A stretch of DNA of 29,931 nucleotides. Origin: Myxococcales bacterium. Lineage in GTDB: Bacteria > Myxococcota_A > UBA9042 > JABWCM01 > BTVJ01. Location: the NCBI GenBank assembly GCA_045863395.1, contig BTVJ01000093.1, positions 1 to 29,931 on the forward strand, in the 5' to 3' direction. The notes beneath the pieces are model-generated. The model was not told the origin of the DNA and did no database searches. It saw only the letters and a program-made list of their open reading frames with translations. Shown here piece after piece: positions 12,090-20,300 of the stretch; the first letter of the stretch is position 1; each line of letters begins with the position of its first letter. Position numbers and translations under genes: made by a program.

Positions 12090-12332
12090 CTTGGGCTTGG
12101 GGCCCGTGTCCTCGTCCACCGTGCCGGGGCCGGTGTCCTCCGGTGCCTCGATGTCTGGAGTGCTACCCGCGTCCTCGGCCACGTCCGGTGTGTCGTCCGC
12201 CGTGTCGCCCGAGAGGGTGTCGACGCCCGAGATGCCACCGCCGTCGCTCGAACTCTCGCAGCCGCCCAGCGCGAGCAGGGCGACCATCAGCCCCGCCACT
12301 CCTCGCACTCCCGTCCTCAGCGCGCCTCGCAT
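10572..12332 (-). CDS. Cys/Gly-rich repeat lipoprotein (586 aa; 16 six-cysteine modules)
   Basis: Start reassigned to ATG 12332 (GAGAGGG upstream). Lipoprotein signal ...MVALLALGGC, acidic D/T/P linker, then tandem C-x5-C-x4/5-CC-xn-C-xn-C units with poly-Gly spacers. Confidence 0.85.
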   Translation of the reverse strand: MRGALRTGVRGVAGLMVALLALGGCESSSDGGGISGVDTLSGDTADDTPDVAEDAGSTPDIEAPEDTGPGTVDEDTGPKPKCDVATNEGCPDGKICCDYGAVLNCVPPGTCPAKPAGCTKDTDCGAGQGCCKDPSTGHSECVATGTCPYASGCSTDSDCNGGEKCCKTGLTGTCKPFNQDCGGGGGGGGSTSCNSSADCSGAYLCCATGNSKKCALQNECQASGGVVVCSTDANCGAGQQCCNLGSEMGCVPMGSCGGGGGGGGGGGGAGTCTTDAECPSGQECCELGPGIGFCGATGSCGSGGGGLGGCTSDADCTGGQACCDLLGIFKLCLDPSMCSGGGGGGGFCSSDAECGAGQQCCDSFGIGFGQCEAAGSCGGGGGGFCSKDGDCGAGKQCCDSTGLGFGQCEPLGTCGGGCTADAECGGLVCCDGKCTATCTKVCTTDAQCGGQVCCNGACAATCDTSCKADGDCKGGNVCCDGACVATCDTGCATDADCGEDVCCDGECAASCETGCTTDADCGGENVCCNGACVGTCEAGCATDADCGEDVCCDGACAASCAISCATDGDCPEPKVCCAEVCADTCE

Positions 12333-12392
12333 GTGCCTACCCTCTCGGTTCCGGTGCCCGGTTGTGCTCGACCCGTCGCAACGAGCGCGAGC

Positions 12393-12421
12393 ACGATACC
12401 AGAGGGCCATGGGGGGAGCAA
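12393..12421 (-). promoter_or_regulatory. Candidate sigma70 promoter of the Cys-rich lipoprotein gene
   Basis: Minus strand: TTGCTC (12421-12416), 17-nt spacer, TATCGT (12398-12393) with an extended -10 TG. Confidence 0.5.
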
Positions 12422-12424
12422 GGA

Positions 12425-12460
12425 GCGCCTCGGTGTGCCTCGGTGTGCCTCGGTGCGCCT
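12425..12460. repeat. Intergenic 10-bp tandem repeat (CGGTGYGCCT, about 3.6 copies)
   Basis: gcgcct cggtgtgcct cggtgtgcct cggtgcgcct. Confidence 0.85.
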
Positions 12461-12552
12461 CCGGCCTCTCTCGGCGACGCGTCAGGGCCAGGATCTGCGC
12501 CAGTCTCCCGCAGGAAGGCCGCCGTGACCGGGATGGCGCTCGGCCTCCACGG

Positions 12553-12582
12553 TTGCAAAGGGAACGGGGGTTCCGGTAGAAG
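12553..12582 (+). promoter_or_regulatory. Candidate promoter of the CBM9-like/mazG unit
   Basis: TTGCAA (12553-12558), 18-nt spacer, TAGAAG (12577-12582); ACAGGAG RBS precedes ATG 12663. Confidence 0.35.
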
Positions 12583-12662
12583 TGGGGCCTCGTCCCCTCG
12601 GGCCGGGGCGCGGGAGGCGATCTCGCCGTCCCGAGGCTGCACGGACACAGGAGCACATTCAG

Positions 12663-14183
12663 ATGACTACACAGGTCCGCGGGTTTGCGTGGAGCGGTCT
12701 GGGTCGCCTTGCCGGGTGGGCGTCGCTCGCCTGCGCTGTGGCGCTCCTCGGCCCGGCGTGCAACAAGCCTCAGAAGCTGGTCCTCACCAAGGAGCAGCAG
12801 CGCACCATCGACGAGTCGATCCTGAAGGAGGCCCCGAAGCCGGGGGTCCCCATCGGCGCCAACCTGGGCGACAAGGTCAAGCTCATCGGCGTGGACATGC
12901 CGGAGAGCATCACGCCCGGCAAGCCCGCGACCATCGTCTGGTATTGGGAGCTCCTGGGCGAGGTGAGCGACGACTGGATGGTCTTCGTGCACCTGGAGAG
13001 GCCTGGCCAGAAGCGCCAGATCCTGGATCACCACCCCGTGGACGGCCTGTACCCCATGGGACAGTGGAAGAAGGGGCAGATCGTCAAGGACGTCCAGAAG
13101 TTCACCGTGGACTCGGGCTTCACCAACGGGGAGGCCGTCCTGTGGGTGGGCATCTTCAACAAGGTCGCGTGGGAGACCAAGCAGGCCAACGACCGGCTCA
13201 AGCTGGTCAACGCCAAGGACGTGAAGAACGACGGCGACGACCGCATCGAGGCGGCTCGCACGGTCGTGACGGGCGGGGCATCCGCCGCCGAGGCGGCGAC
13301 CCAGGGGCGACCGCCCACCTACGTGGTCAAGCGTGCGGACGGGGCCATCACCATCGACGGGAAGCTCGACGAGGCCGCCTGGGCGGGGGCGCCGCGGACC
13401 CGCACCTTCCTGCGCCCCGACGGTCGCCCGCTCGGCCCGGAGCTGGCGACCTTCGCGCGCATGCTCTACGACGACACGAACCTCTACGTCGCCTTCGACG
13501 TGACGGACTCGGACATCGCAAGCGACAAGGCCGGACGCGACGACAAGATCTGGGAGCAGGACGCCGTGGAGGTGTACCTGGACCCGGGCAGCGACGGGAA
13601 GCGCTACCTGGAGATCCAGGTCTCGCCCCGCAACATGGTGTTCGACGCCATGTTCGACTCGTCCAGGACCCCGCCCTGGGAGGAGGCGGCGAAGCGCACG
13701 ACCCTCGCCCTCCAGACGGCGGTCTCGGTGGACGGCACCGTCAACGATCCTGGCCCCGACAAGGGGTGGACCGTCGAGCTGGCCATTCCGTTCGCGGACA
13801 TCCCCGACTCCGGGGGCAAGGCGCCTGCGCCGGGCACGTCGTGGACGGCGAACCTCTACCGCATCGACCACAAGGGCCCGACCAACATGGCCTTCCAGGG
13901 GGTGTGGGCGCCCGTGGGTGGCGACTTCCACAAGCTGGACGGCGCGGGCGTGATCACCTTCGCTCCCGCCATGCCGAAGGTCGAGGTCCCGCCAAAGCCG
14001 GACGAGCCTGCCCCCGCTCCCGTCGAGGGCGAGCCGGCCAAGCCCGAGGCTCCTGCGCAGCCCTCGGGCGAGCCGGCCAAGCCCGAGGGGCAGCCTACGG
14101 GCGAGCCGGCCAAGCCCGAGGGGCAGCCCACGGGCGAGCCCGCCAAGCCCGAGGAGGGTCCCGCACCCACCCCGGCGCCGTGA
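12663..14183 (+). CDS. Carbohydrate-binding family 9-like (DOMON-like) lipoprotein
   Basis: Lipobox LGPAC. N-terminal beta domain (VFVHL...DHHPVDGLYPMGQWKKGQIVKD); CBM9-like motifs ITIDGKLDEAAW, MLYDDTNLYVAFDVTD, IWEQDAVEVYLDP, YLEIQVSP, GWTVELAIPF and W-ANLYR; Pro/Glu tail. Confidence 0.85.
   Translation: MTTQVRGFAWSGLGRLAGWASLACAVALLGPACNKPQKLVLTKEQQRTIDESILKEAPKPGVPIGANLGDKVKLIGVDMPESITPGKPATIVWYWELLGEVSDDWMVFVHLERPGQKRQILDHHPVDGLYPMGQWKKGQIVKDVQKFTVDSGFTNGEAVLWVGIFNKVAWETKQANDRLKLVNAKDVKNDGDDRIEAARTVVTGGASAAEAATQGRPPTYVVKRADGAITIDGKLDEAAWAGAPRTRTFLRPDGRPLGPELATFARMLYDDTNLYVAFDVTDSDIASDKAGRDDKIWEQDAVEVYLDPGSDGKRYLEIQVSPRNMVFDAMFDSSRTPPWEEAAKRTTLALQTAVSVDGTVNDPGPDKGWTVELAIPFADIPDSGGKAPAPGTSWTANLYRIDHKGPTNMAFQGVWAPVGGDFHKLDGAGVITFAPAMPKVEVPPKPDEPAPAPVEGEPAKPEAPAQPSGEPAKPEGQPTGEPAKPEGQPTGEPAKPEEGPAPTPAP
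14028..14153 (+). repeat. Coding repeat GEPAKPE(GQPT) x4
   Basis: ggcgagccSgccaagcccgag at 14028, 14067, 14100 and 14133. Confidence 0.9.
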
Positions 14184-14968
14184 CCGAGGTGCCTACAGAC
14201 CAGGTCGCGCGCCTGGTCGCCATCATGGCGCGCCTGCGCGGCGACGGGGGGTGCCCCTGGGACCGGGCGCAGGACCACCGCACCCTGGTCCAGTACCTCA
14301 TCGAGGAGACCTACGAGGTCGTCGATGCCATCGAGGCCCTCACGCCCGAGGGAGATGGCTCGCACCTGTGTGAGGAGCTGGGCGACCTGCTCCTGCAGGT
14401 CGTCTTTCACGCCCAGATCGAGTCCGAGCGGGGGGCCTTCGACCTCCAGGCGGTGGCTCGGGCCATCTCCGACAAGATGGAGAGGCGCCACCCCCACGTC
14501 TTTGGTGACGAGGCCGCGTCCACTGCGGAGGAGGTCCGCGACCGGTGGGCGGAGCTCAAGAAGGAGGAGGGGAGGCGCACTCTCACAGGCGTGCCGAGGC
14601 ACCTGCCCCCGCTGCTGCGGGCCTGGCGCGTCACCGAGAAGGCGGCCGCCGTGGGCTTCGACTGGCCGAGCCCCCTCGATGTCCTCGACAAGGTCGAAGA
14701 AGAGATCCAGGAGCTCCGGGCGGCCTTGGTGAGCGGCGAGCGCGGTGCTGTGCGCCACGAGCTCGGCGACCTGCTCTTCACCATGGCGAACCTGGGGCGC
14801 CACCTCGACGTGGACCCCGACGACGCGCTGCGCGCGACCATCGACCGCTTCGTGCACCGGTTCGAGCACATCGAGGACGCCCTCGTCGCCCGCGCGCTCA
14901 CTCCGGGCGAGGTGTCCCTCGCGGAGCTGGACAGGCTGTGGGAGGAGGCGAAGGCGGCGGAGCGGTGA
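14180..14968 (+). CDS. mazG: Nucleoside triphosphate pyrophosphohydrolase MazG
   Basis: GTGA overlap with the upstream stop. GCPWDRAQ, IEETYEVVDAI, EELGDLLLQVVFHAQI, RRHPHVFG, GFDW, KVEEE, ELGDLLF and LWEEAK form the tandem MazG domains. Confidence 0.95.
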   Translation: MTEVPTDQVARLVAIMARLRGDGGCPWDRAQDHRTLVQYLIEETYEVVDAIEALTPEGDGSHLCEELGDLLLQVVFHAQIESERGAFDLQAVARAISDKMERRHPHVFGDEAASTAEEVRDRWAELKKEEGRRTLTGVPRHLPPLLRAWRVTEKAAAVGFDWPSPLDVLDKVEEEIQELRAALVSGERGAVRHELGDLLFTMANLGRHLDVDPDDALRATIDRFVHRFEHIEDALVARALTPGEVSLAELDRLWEEAKAAER

Positions 14969-15083
14969 CGCAACGCTCTCTGGGCCTCGTCAACGCAACC
15001 GGTTGGATCGGAACGGGATCGGCCTGATGGGCAGCTATCCGTGGTCGTTGACCGATCCGCCATCTCCGATGCATCATGGCGCG

Positions 15084-16049
15084 ATGAGCACTCGACCGCC
15101 AACCCGAGCGGCCCGCCCCGTCCGCTCACTCCGATCCGGGGCGCGGGTGCGGGTCGTTGCCCCCTCCGGCCCTGTGCCCGCCGAGCCGCTTCAGAGCGGG
15201 CTCGCCGTGCTCCGTGACGTCCTCGGGCTGGACGTCTCCCTCTCGCGAGGGGTGTCCGGGCCCGCAGACGGCGGTGCCCCCGAGCCGGCAGGACCCGACC
15301 GCTACCTCGCGGCTCCGGACGCGTGGCGCGCCTGGTCGCTCGTCGACGCCATCGATGATCCGTCCGTGGACGCCATCTGGTGCGCGCGGGGAGGCTATGG
15401 TGCGGGGCGTCTCCTGCCGCGGGTCGCCGACGCGCTGGGGCGCCTCGGCAAGCCGCTGGTCGGCTTCAGCGACGTGACGGCCTTGCATTGCGCCGCGGCC
15501 TGCTCCGGCGTCGTCACCTTCCACGGGCCCGTCGTCACACAGCTCGGGAGGCTCGACGCGGAGTCCATCGACGGGGCGCGCCGGCTCCTCTCGGGCGAGG
15601 TCGGCGCTGGGGGCCTGCTCCTTCGCGTGGGGCCGCCTCTTCGCGGGGGGATTGCCGCCGGGCGGCTCGCCGGGGGGAACCTGGCCCTGCTCGCGTCTCT
15701 GTGCGGCACCCCCTGGGCTCCCGACCTGACGGGGGCCGTCGTCTTCCTGGAGGATGTGGGGGAGCCGGCCTACCGGGTCGACCGCATGGTGTGGCAGCTC
15801 CGTCAGGCCGCGGGCCTCGACCGGGCCGCAGCGCTGATCGTGGGCGACTTCAACGGGGTGACGGACGAGGAGCCGGCCTGGACCCGCGCCATCTGGGAGG
15901 AGCTGGCTCGCGAGCTGCCATGCCCCGTGGTGCTGGGCGCGCCCGTGGGCCACGGAGCCCGCAACCATGCCCTACCGGTCGGCGCTCGCGTTCGCCTGGA
16001 CGCGGAGGGCGGGACGCTGACGCTCCTGGAGCAGGCGGTAGAGTCGTGA
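15084..16049 (+). CDS. ldcA: LD-carboxypeptidase (peptidase S66)
   Basis: VVAPSGP, IWCARGGYG, GFSDVT (catalytic Ser), FHGP, GGNL, FLEDVGE (Glu), YRVDRM and VGHG (His). Start uncertain; TTGACC-N18-CATCAT ends 6 nt before ATG 15084. Confidence 0.9.
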   Translation: MSTRPPTRAARPVRSLRSGARVRVVAPSGPVPAEPLQSGLAVLRDVLGLDVSLSRGVSGPADGGAPEPAGPDRYLAAPDAWRAWSLVDAIDDPSVDAIWCARGGYGAGRLLPRVADALGRLGKPLVGFSDVTALHCAAACSGVVTFHGPVVTQLGRLDAESIDGARRLLSGEVGAGGLLLRVGPPLRGGIAAGRLAGGNLALLASLCGTPWAPDLTGAVVFLEDVGEPAYRVDRMVWQLRQAAGLDRAAALIVGDFNGVTDEEPAWTRAIWEELARELPCPVVLGAPVGHGARNHALPVGARVRLDAEGGTLTLLEQAVES

Positions 16050-17188
16050 ACGCGACCCTGATCCGGAGGGCGATGCACGACGCGGTGGGGGCTACGTTCC
16101 CCGGTGCCGTGCTGCGCGTGGCGGTGGACGGCCAGGAGGTCTTTCACGAGGGGTTCGGTCGCGCCGGTGTCCTGGAGCGGAGCCCGGCGGTGACCACGGC
16201 GCTCCGGTGGGACATCGCGTCGCTGACCAAGCCCCTGTGCGTCATGAGCCTCGCCATGCAGGGCGTGGACGAGGGGTGGCTCGATCTGGACGAGCCCGTT
16301 CTCCGCCGCCTGCCGGACCTGGAGCGTGACGCCCGCCAGGTGCTCACCGCGCGGCTGCTCCTGTGCCACCGCTCCGGCCTGCCGGACTGGCGCCCCTACA
16401 TGGACTGGTTGCAGGAGCGCCACCCGGAGGAGCCGCCGGGGTCCGTCGCCGCGGTCGCGCGGGTGCGCTCCTGGGTGATGCGGGAGCCACTGGTCGCTCC
16501 GCCAGGCGCGGTCGAGCGCTATTCGGATCTCGGCTACATGCTGCTCGGGTGGTGGCTGGAAGATGCGCTGGGCGAGCACCTGGACGTCGCCTTCCAGCGC
16601 CGGGTCGCGACGCCCCTCGGGCTTCGATCGACGGCCTACGTGCCGGTCAGCGGGTGGGAGGCACGCGGGGCGCTGCGCCACACCTCGACCATCGCCCCCA
16701 CGGAGCAGTGCTCCTTCCGCGGGCGCCTGCTGGTCGGGGAGGTGCACGACGAGAACGCCTTTGCCCTCGGCGGGGTCGCGGGTCACGCGGGGCTGTTCTC
16801 CACGGCCGAAGACGTCGGGCGGTGGGCGGACGCGCTGCTGGCGTCACTGAACGGGCGCGGCCTGTGGTCGGTGCGCACGGCCAGGGAGTTCTTGACGGCG
16901 GACGAGGCGCTCCGCGGGTCCACCTGGCGCCTCGGGATGGACACCCCCTCGCCTGGGACGAGCTCCGCGGGGCAGCGCGTGTCCCGGTCGGCGCTCGGGC
17001 ACCTGGGCTTCACCGGGTGCTCCGTCTGGATCGACCCACCCCGGCGCGCCACGGCAGCGCTGCTGTCGAATCGCGTGCACCCGACCCGGCTCAACGAGGC
17101 GATCCGAACGCTCCGGCCGCAGCTCCACGACTTGGTCTGGACTGCGCTGGACGGTCGCGCTGCGCCTCTGGACGCGCCCCTTGCGTAG
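16046..17188 (+). CDS. Serine hydrolase, beta-lactamase class C / AmiE-like family
   Basis: GTGA overlap with ldcA. DIASLTK (SxxK), LLCHRSGLP, YSDLGY, GEVHDENA, GGVAGHAGLFS, GHLGFTGCS-W-DP and LSNRVHP; no signal peptide. Confidence 0.9.
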   Translation: MNATLIRRAMHDAVGATFPGAVLRVAVDGQEVFHEGFGRAGVLERSPAVTTALRWDIASLTKPLCVMSLAMQGVDEGWLDLDEPVLRRLPDLERDARQVLTARLLLCHRSGLPDWRPYMDWLQERHPEEPPGSVAAVARVRSWVMREPLVAPPGAVERYSDLGYMLLGWWLEDALGEHLDVAFQRRVATPLGLRSTAYVPVSGWEARGALRHTSTIAPTEQCSFRGRLLVGEVHDENAFALGGVAGHAGLFSTAEDVGRWADALLASLNGRGLWSVRTAREFLTADEALRGSTWRLGMDTPSPGTSSAGQRVSRSALGHLGFTGCSVWIDPPRRATAALLSNRVHPTRLNEAIRTLRPQLHDLVWTALDGRAAPLDAPLA

Positions 17189-17268
17189 TTGAGTTACCTC
17201 GTCCTTTGTGACTGAAATCATTTCCGTTTTTTCATGCTCGTCGCGCCGGTCCGCGCGATCTTGGGCGG

Positions 17269-17298
17269 TTGTCGGGTCTTCGGCTTTCGTGCTATAAC
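17269..17298 (+). promoter_or_regulatory. Candidate promoter of the giant TPR gene
   Basis: TTGTCG (17269-17274), 18-nt spacer, TATAAC (17293-17298) with extended TG; AT-rich tract upstream (about 17205-17235); AAGGA before ATG 17357. Confidence 0.55.
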
Positions 17299-17356
17299 GC
17301 GGACGCTCGAATCGCCAGTGCCCGGCCGACCCGCATCCCTGAAGGAAAACGCAGCG

Positions 17357-20300
17357 ATGGACATCAACGAGCTTCGAGACGCCCTCTCCGCGGAGCCCCT
17401 CAACCTGGACGCCTTCGAGAAGCTCCAGGCTGCCTTGATCGACGCGAGCGATCTGGCCGGCCTGCGCGAGCTTCACGACCAGACGCTGGCCGCCGCCGAT
17501 GGCGAGGCCCAGGTGGAGCCGTTCCTGCGGACCATGGACATCAAGGCCCGCACGGCGGGCGACGAGGCGATGTCCAGCTACCTGTATGGGCGGCTCGGCA
17601 CGACCTACTGGCGCAAGCTCGACAAGGCCGACAAGGCCGAGCTGTATTTCCGGCGCCTGGAGGGCAAGGCGGGGGACTTCGCGGAGGAGCACGCCGAGTT
17701 CTACGTCCAGTTCTACGTGAGACGAGACAATTGGCGCCGTCTGGAGCAGTTCCTGACGGAGCAGGCAGGCAACCCGACGGATTCCGCCGAGCAGGTGGCC
17801 GTGAAGCGTCGCCTCGCCTCCATCGCCGAGGACGCAGGCAAGCCCGACAAGGCCATCGTGTTCTGGACGGGCGTGCGAGAGCTCCTGCCCGACGACGACG
17901 AGGCGGAGCAGGCGCTCCTGCGCCTCTTTGCCGACGCGGGCAAGTGGCACAACCTGGTGCAGCTCCACCAGGATCGGCTCAAGCGCGTGCCCGATCACGC
18001 CATCGCCGACAAGATCGCGATTCACATGGCGATGGTCGCGGTGTTCCGGGACCACATCAAGAGCGATACCAAGGTCTCGAGCGCCTACCAGGCCATCCTC
18101 GAGATCGATCCCGGCAACGACATGGCCCTCGACGCCCTCACGGAGCAGTACGAGGGCATGAAGCGCTGGCCGGACCTGGTCCGCGTGCTCCAGCAGAAGA
18201 TCGCGCACACCAGCGACCCGCAGCGCCTCGTGGCGCTCCACGGCCGCGTCGCGCAGATCATGATGGACTCGTTCAGCAACTCCGGCGAGGCCATCAAGAG
18301 CTACGCCGCGATCCTCGAGATCGACCCGACCAACCGGCGGGCCATCGAGGAGCTGAAGTCCATCTACGAGAAGCGCCGCGACTACGAGAGCTACCTGGAG
18401 GTCGCCCGGAAGGAGATCGCCCTCGAGGCGAACGAGGGCAAGCGGCGGGCGGCGTTCCTGGAGCTGGCGCGCGTGGCGGCGGACAAGATCCGCAAGCCCG
18501 CGGCGGCCATCGGGCTCTGGGAGGACGTGCTGGGTATCGACCCGAGCCACACCGAGGCGCTGACCAACCTGGAGCAGCTCTACGAGCGCGAGAAGAGCTA
18601 TGACCAGCTCACGGGGATCCTGGAGCGGCGCATCGACGCGGCCGCGGGGGCGGAGCGCGTCGCCATCCTCGAGAAGCTGGCGCTGGTGCTCTCCGCGCGC
18701 CTCAATGACGAGGACCGGGCGACGGAGGTCTACAAGCGCATCCTGGAGGTAGACCCGGAGCACAGAAAGGCCCAGAACGAGCTGCGCAAGCGCTACCTGG
18801 CGACCTGTGACTGGGACGGGCTGGAGTGGTTCTTCCGCCAGTACGGCACCATCGCGGACTTCGTGCGCACGCTGGAGGGGCAGGTCAAGTCCATCGACGA
18901 GCCGGCGGAGCGCGTGTCGCTGCTCTTCAAGGTCGCCGACATGTGGCTCGCCGAGCTGGAGCAGCCCCACCGCGCCATCAAGACCCTGGAGCAGGTGCTC
19001 GCCATCGATCCCCAGAGCATCGAGGCGGCGCGGCGCCTGGCGCCGCTCTACCGGGCCGAGGGCGACTGGCAGCACCTCGCCGAGACCCTGGAGGTGGAGC
19101 TGGAGGGCACCGAGGAGCCAGACCAGCGACAGCTCCTGCTCCTCGAGCTGGCGCGGCTCTACGAGGACCGCCTCGACCAGGTGGACGAGGCCTTCTTCAG
19201 CTACGTCCAGGTCTACAAGGAGAACTTCGAGGACGAGCAGAGCCGGCGCGAGCTGGAGCGCCTCGCCAGCAAGAGCGCCAACTGGGACAGCTACGTGGCC
19301 GTGATGGAGGAGACGATCCCCCGCATCACGTCCGTGCCCGTCAAGATCGAGACCCAGCTCCGCGCCGCCGAGATCTACCGGGACCAACTGGAGGACCTGG
19401 ACCAGGCGCTGCGGCACTTCCAGATGGTGATCCCGCTCGACCCGGACAGCCGCCGGGCCATGGACGCCATCGAGGACATCTATCGCCGCACGGAGGAGTG
19501 GCAGCTCCTGGTGTACGTCTACAAGCGCAAGCTGGACATGACGGCCACCGACGACGAGCGCCGCGAGGTCATGTTCCAGCTCGGCGCGGCGTGGCGCGAC
19601 AAGCTCGGCAACAACGAGGAGGCCGCCAAGGTCTTCCGCGACATGCTCGAGCTCTTCCCCGACGACGCCAGGGTCCACCGCGAGCTGTCCGCCATCTATC
19701 TGATCGAGGAGGACTACGAGGGCCTGCTCGGCGTGCTCCAGAAGGAGCTGTCGCTGCTCAACGCGGACTTCCAGTCGAGCCCCGCGGACGTCGCCGAGGT
19801 CCAGTGCCAGATCGCGCAGCTCACCTACGCGACGGGTGGGGATCTGGGCACCGTGGTCAGCTTCTACCGGGACGCGCTGGAAGGCGACCCGACCAACGCG
19901 GTCGCCATCGCAGGCTTGGAGGAGCTGATCGGCTCCGAGGAGGTCCAGCGGACGATCACCGGCATCCTGGAGCCGGTCTACCACGACCAGGGCAATTGGG
20001 CGAAGCTCGCGGACATCTACGAGATCCAGCTCACGGGCATCAAGAAGAAGAAGGCGCGGGTGGGGCTCCTGGAGACCCTCGGCGAGCTGTATCGTGATCG
20101 CCTGGGGGACGACCACCGCGCGTTCCACGCCTACAGCCGCATCTTTGCGGCGGACTCGGGCCACGCGACCGTCCGGATCCAGCTCGAGGAGCTCGCCGAG
20201 AAGCTGGGCGCCTGGTTCCCGCTGGTCAGCCTGTACCAGGACGGCGTCGACAAGATGAAGGACTCCGGGCAGCGCCTGGAGGTGCGGCTCACTCTGGCGG

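Noticed and set aside
12333..13931. N-terminal 533 aa of the 1119-aa ORF 10572..13931
   Set aside because: Antisense shadow of the CBM9-like gene plus intergenic DNA; the signal peptide, RBS and promoter all point to a start at 12332.
12143..14179. Apparent long N-terminal extension of MazG (941-aa ORF)
   Set aside because: Arg/Gly/Pro-rich off-frame read of the CBM9-like gene; MazG homology starts at GTG 14180.
14180..14968. mazG as part of a mazEF toxin-antitoxin or anti-phage locus
   Set aside because: It is the ordinary two-domain housekeeping form, with no toxin, antitoxin or defence genes adjacent.
16046..17188. Beta-lactam resistance gene
   Set aside because: No signal peptide, YSD rather than YxN and GHLG rather than KTG; the context favours a cytoplasmic amidase or esterase.
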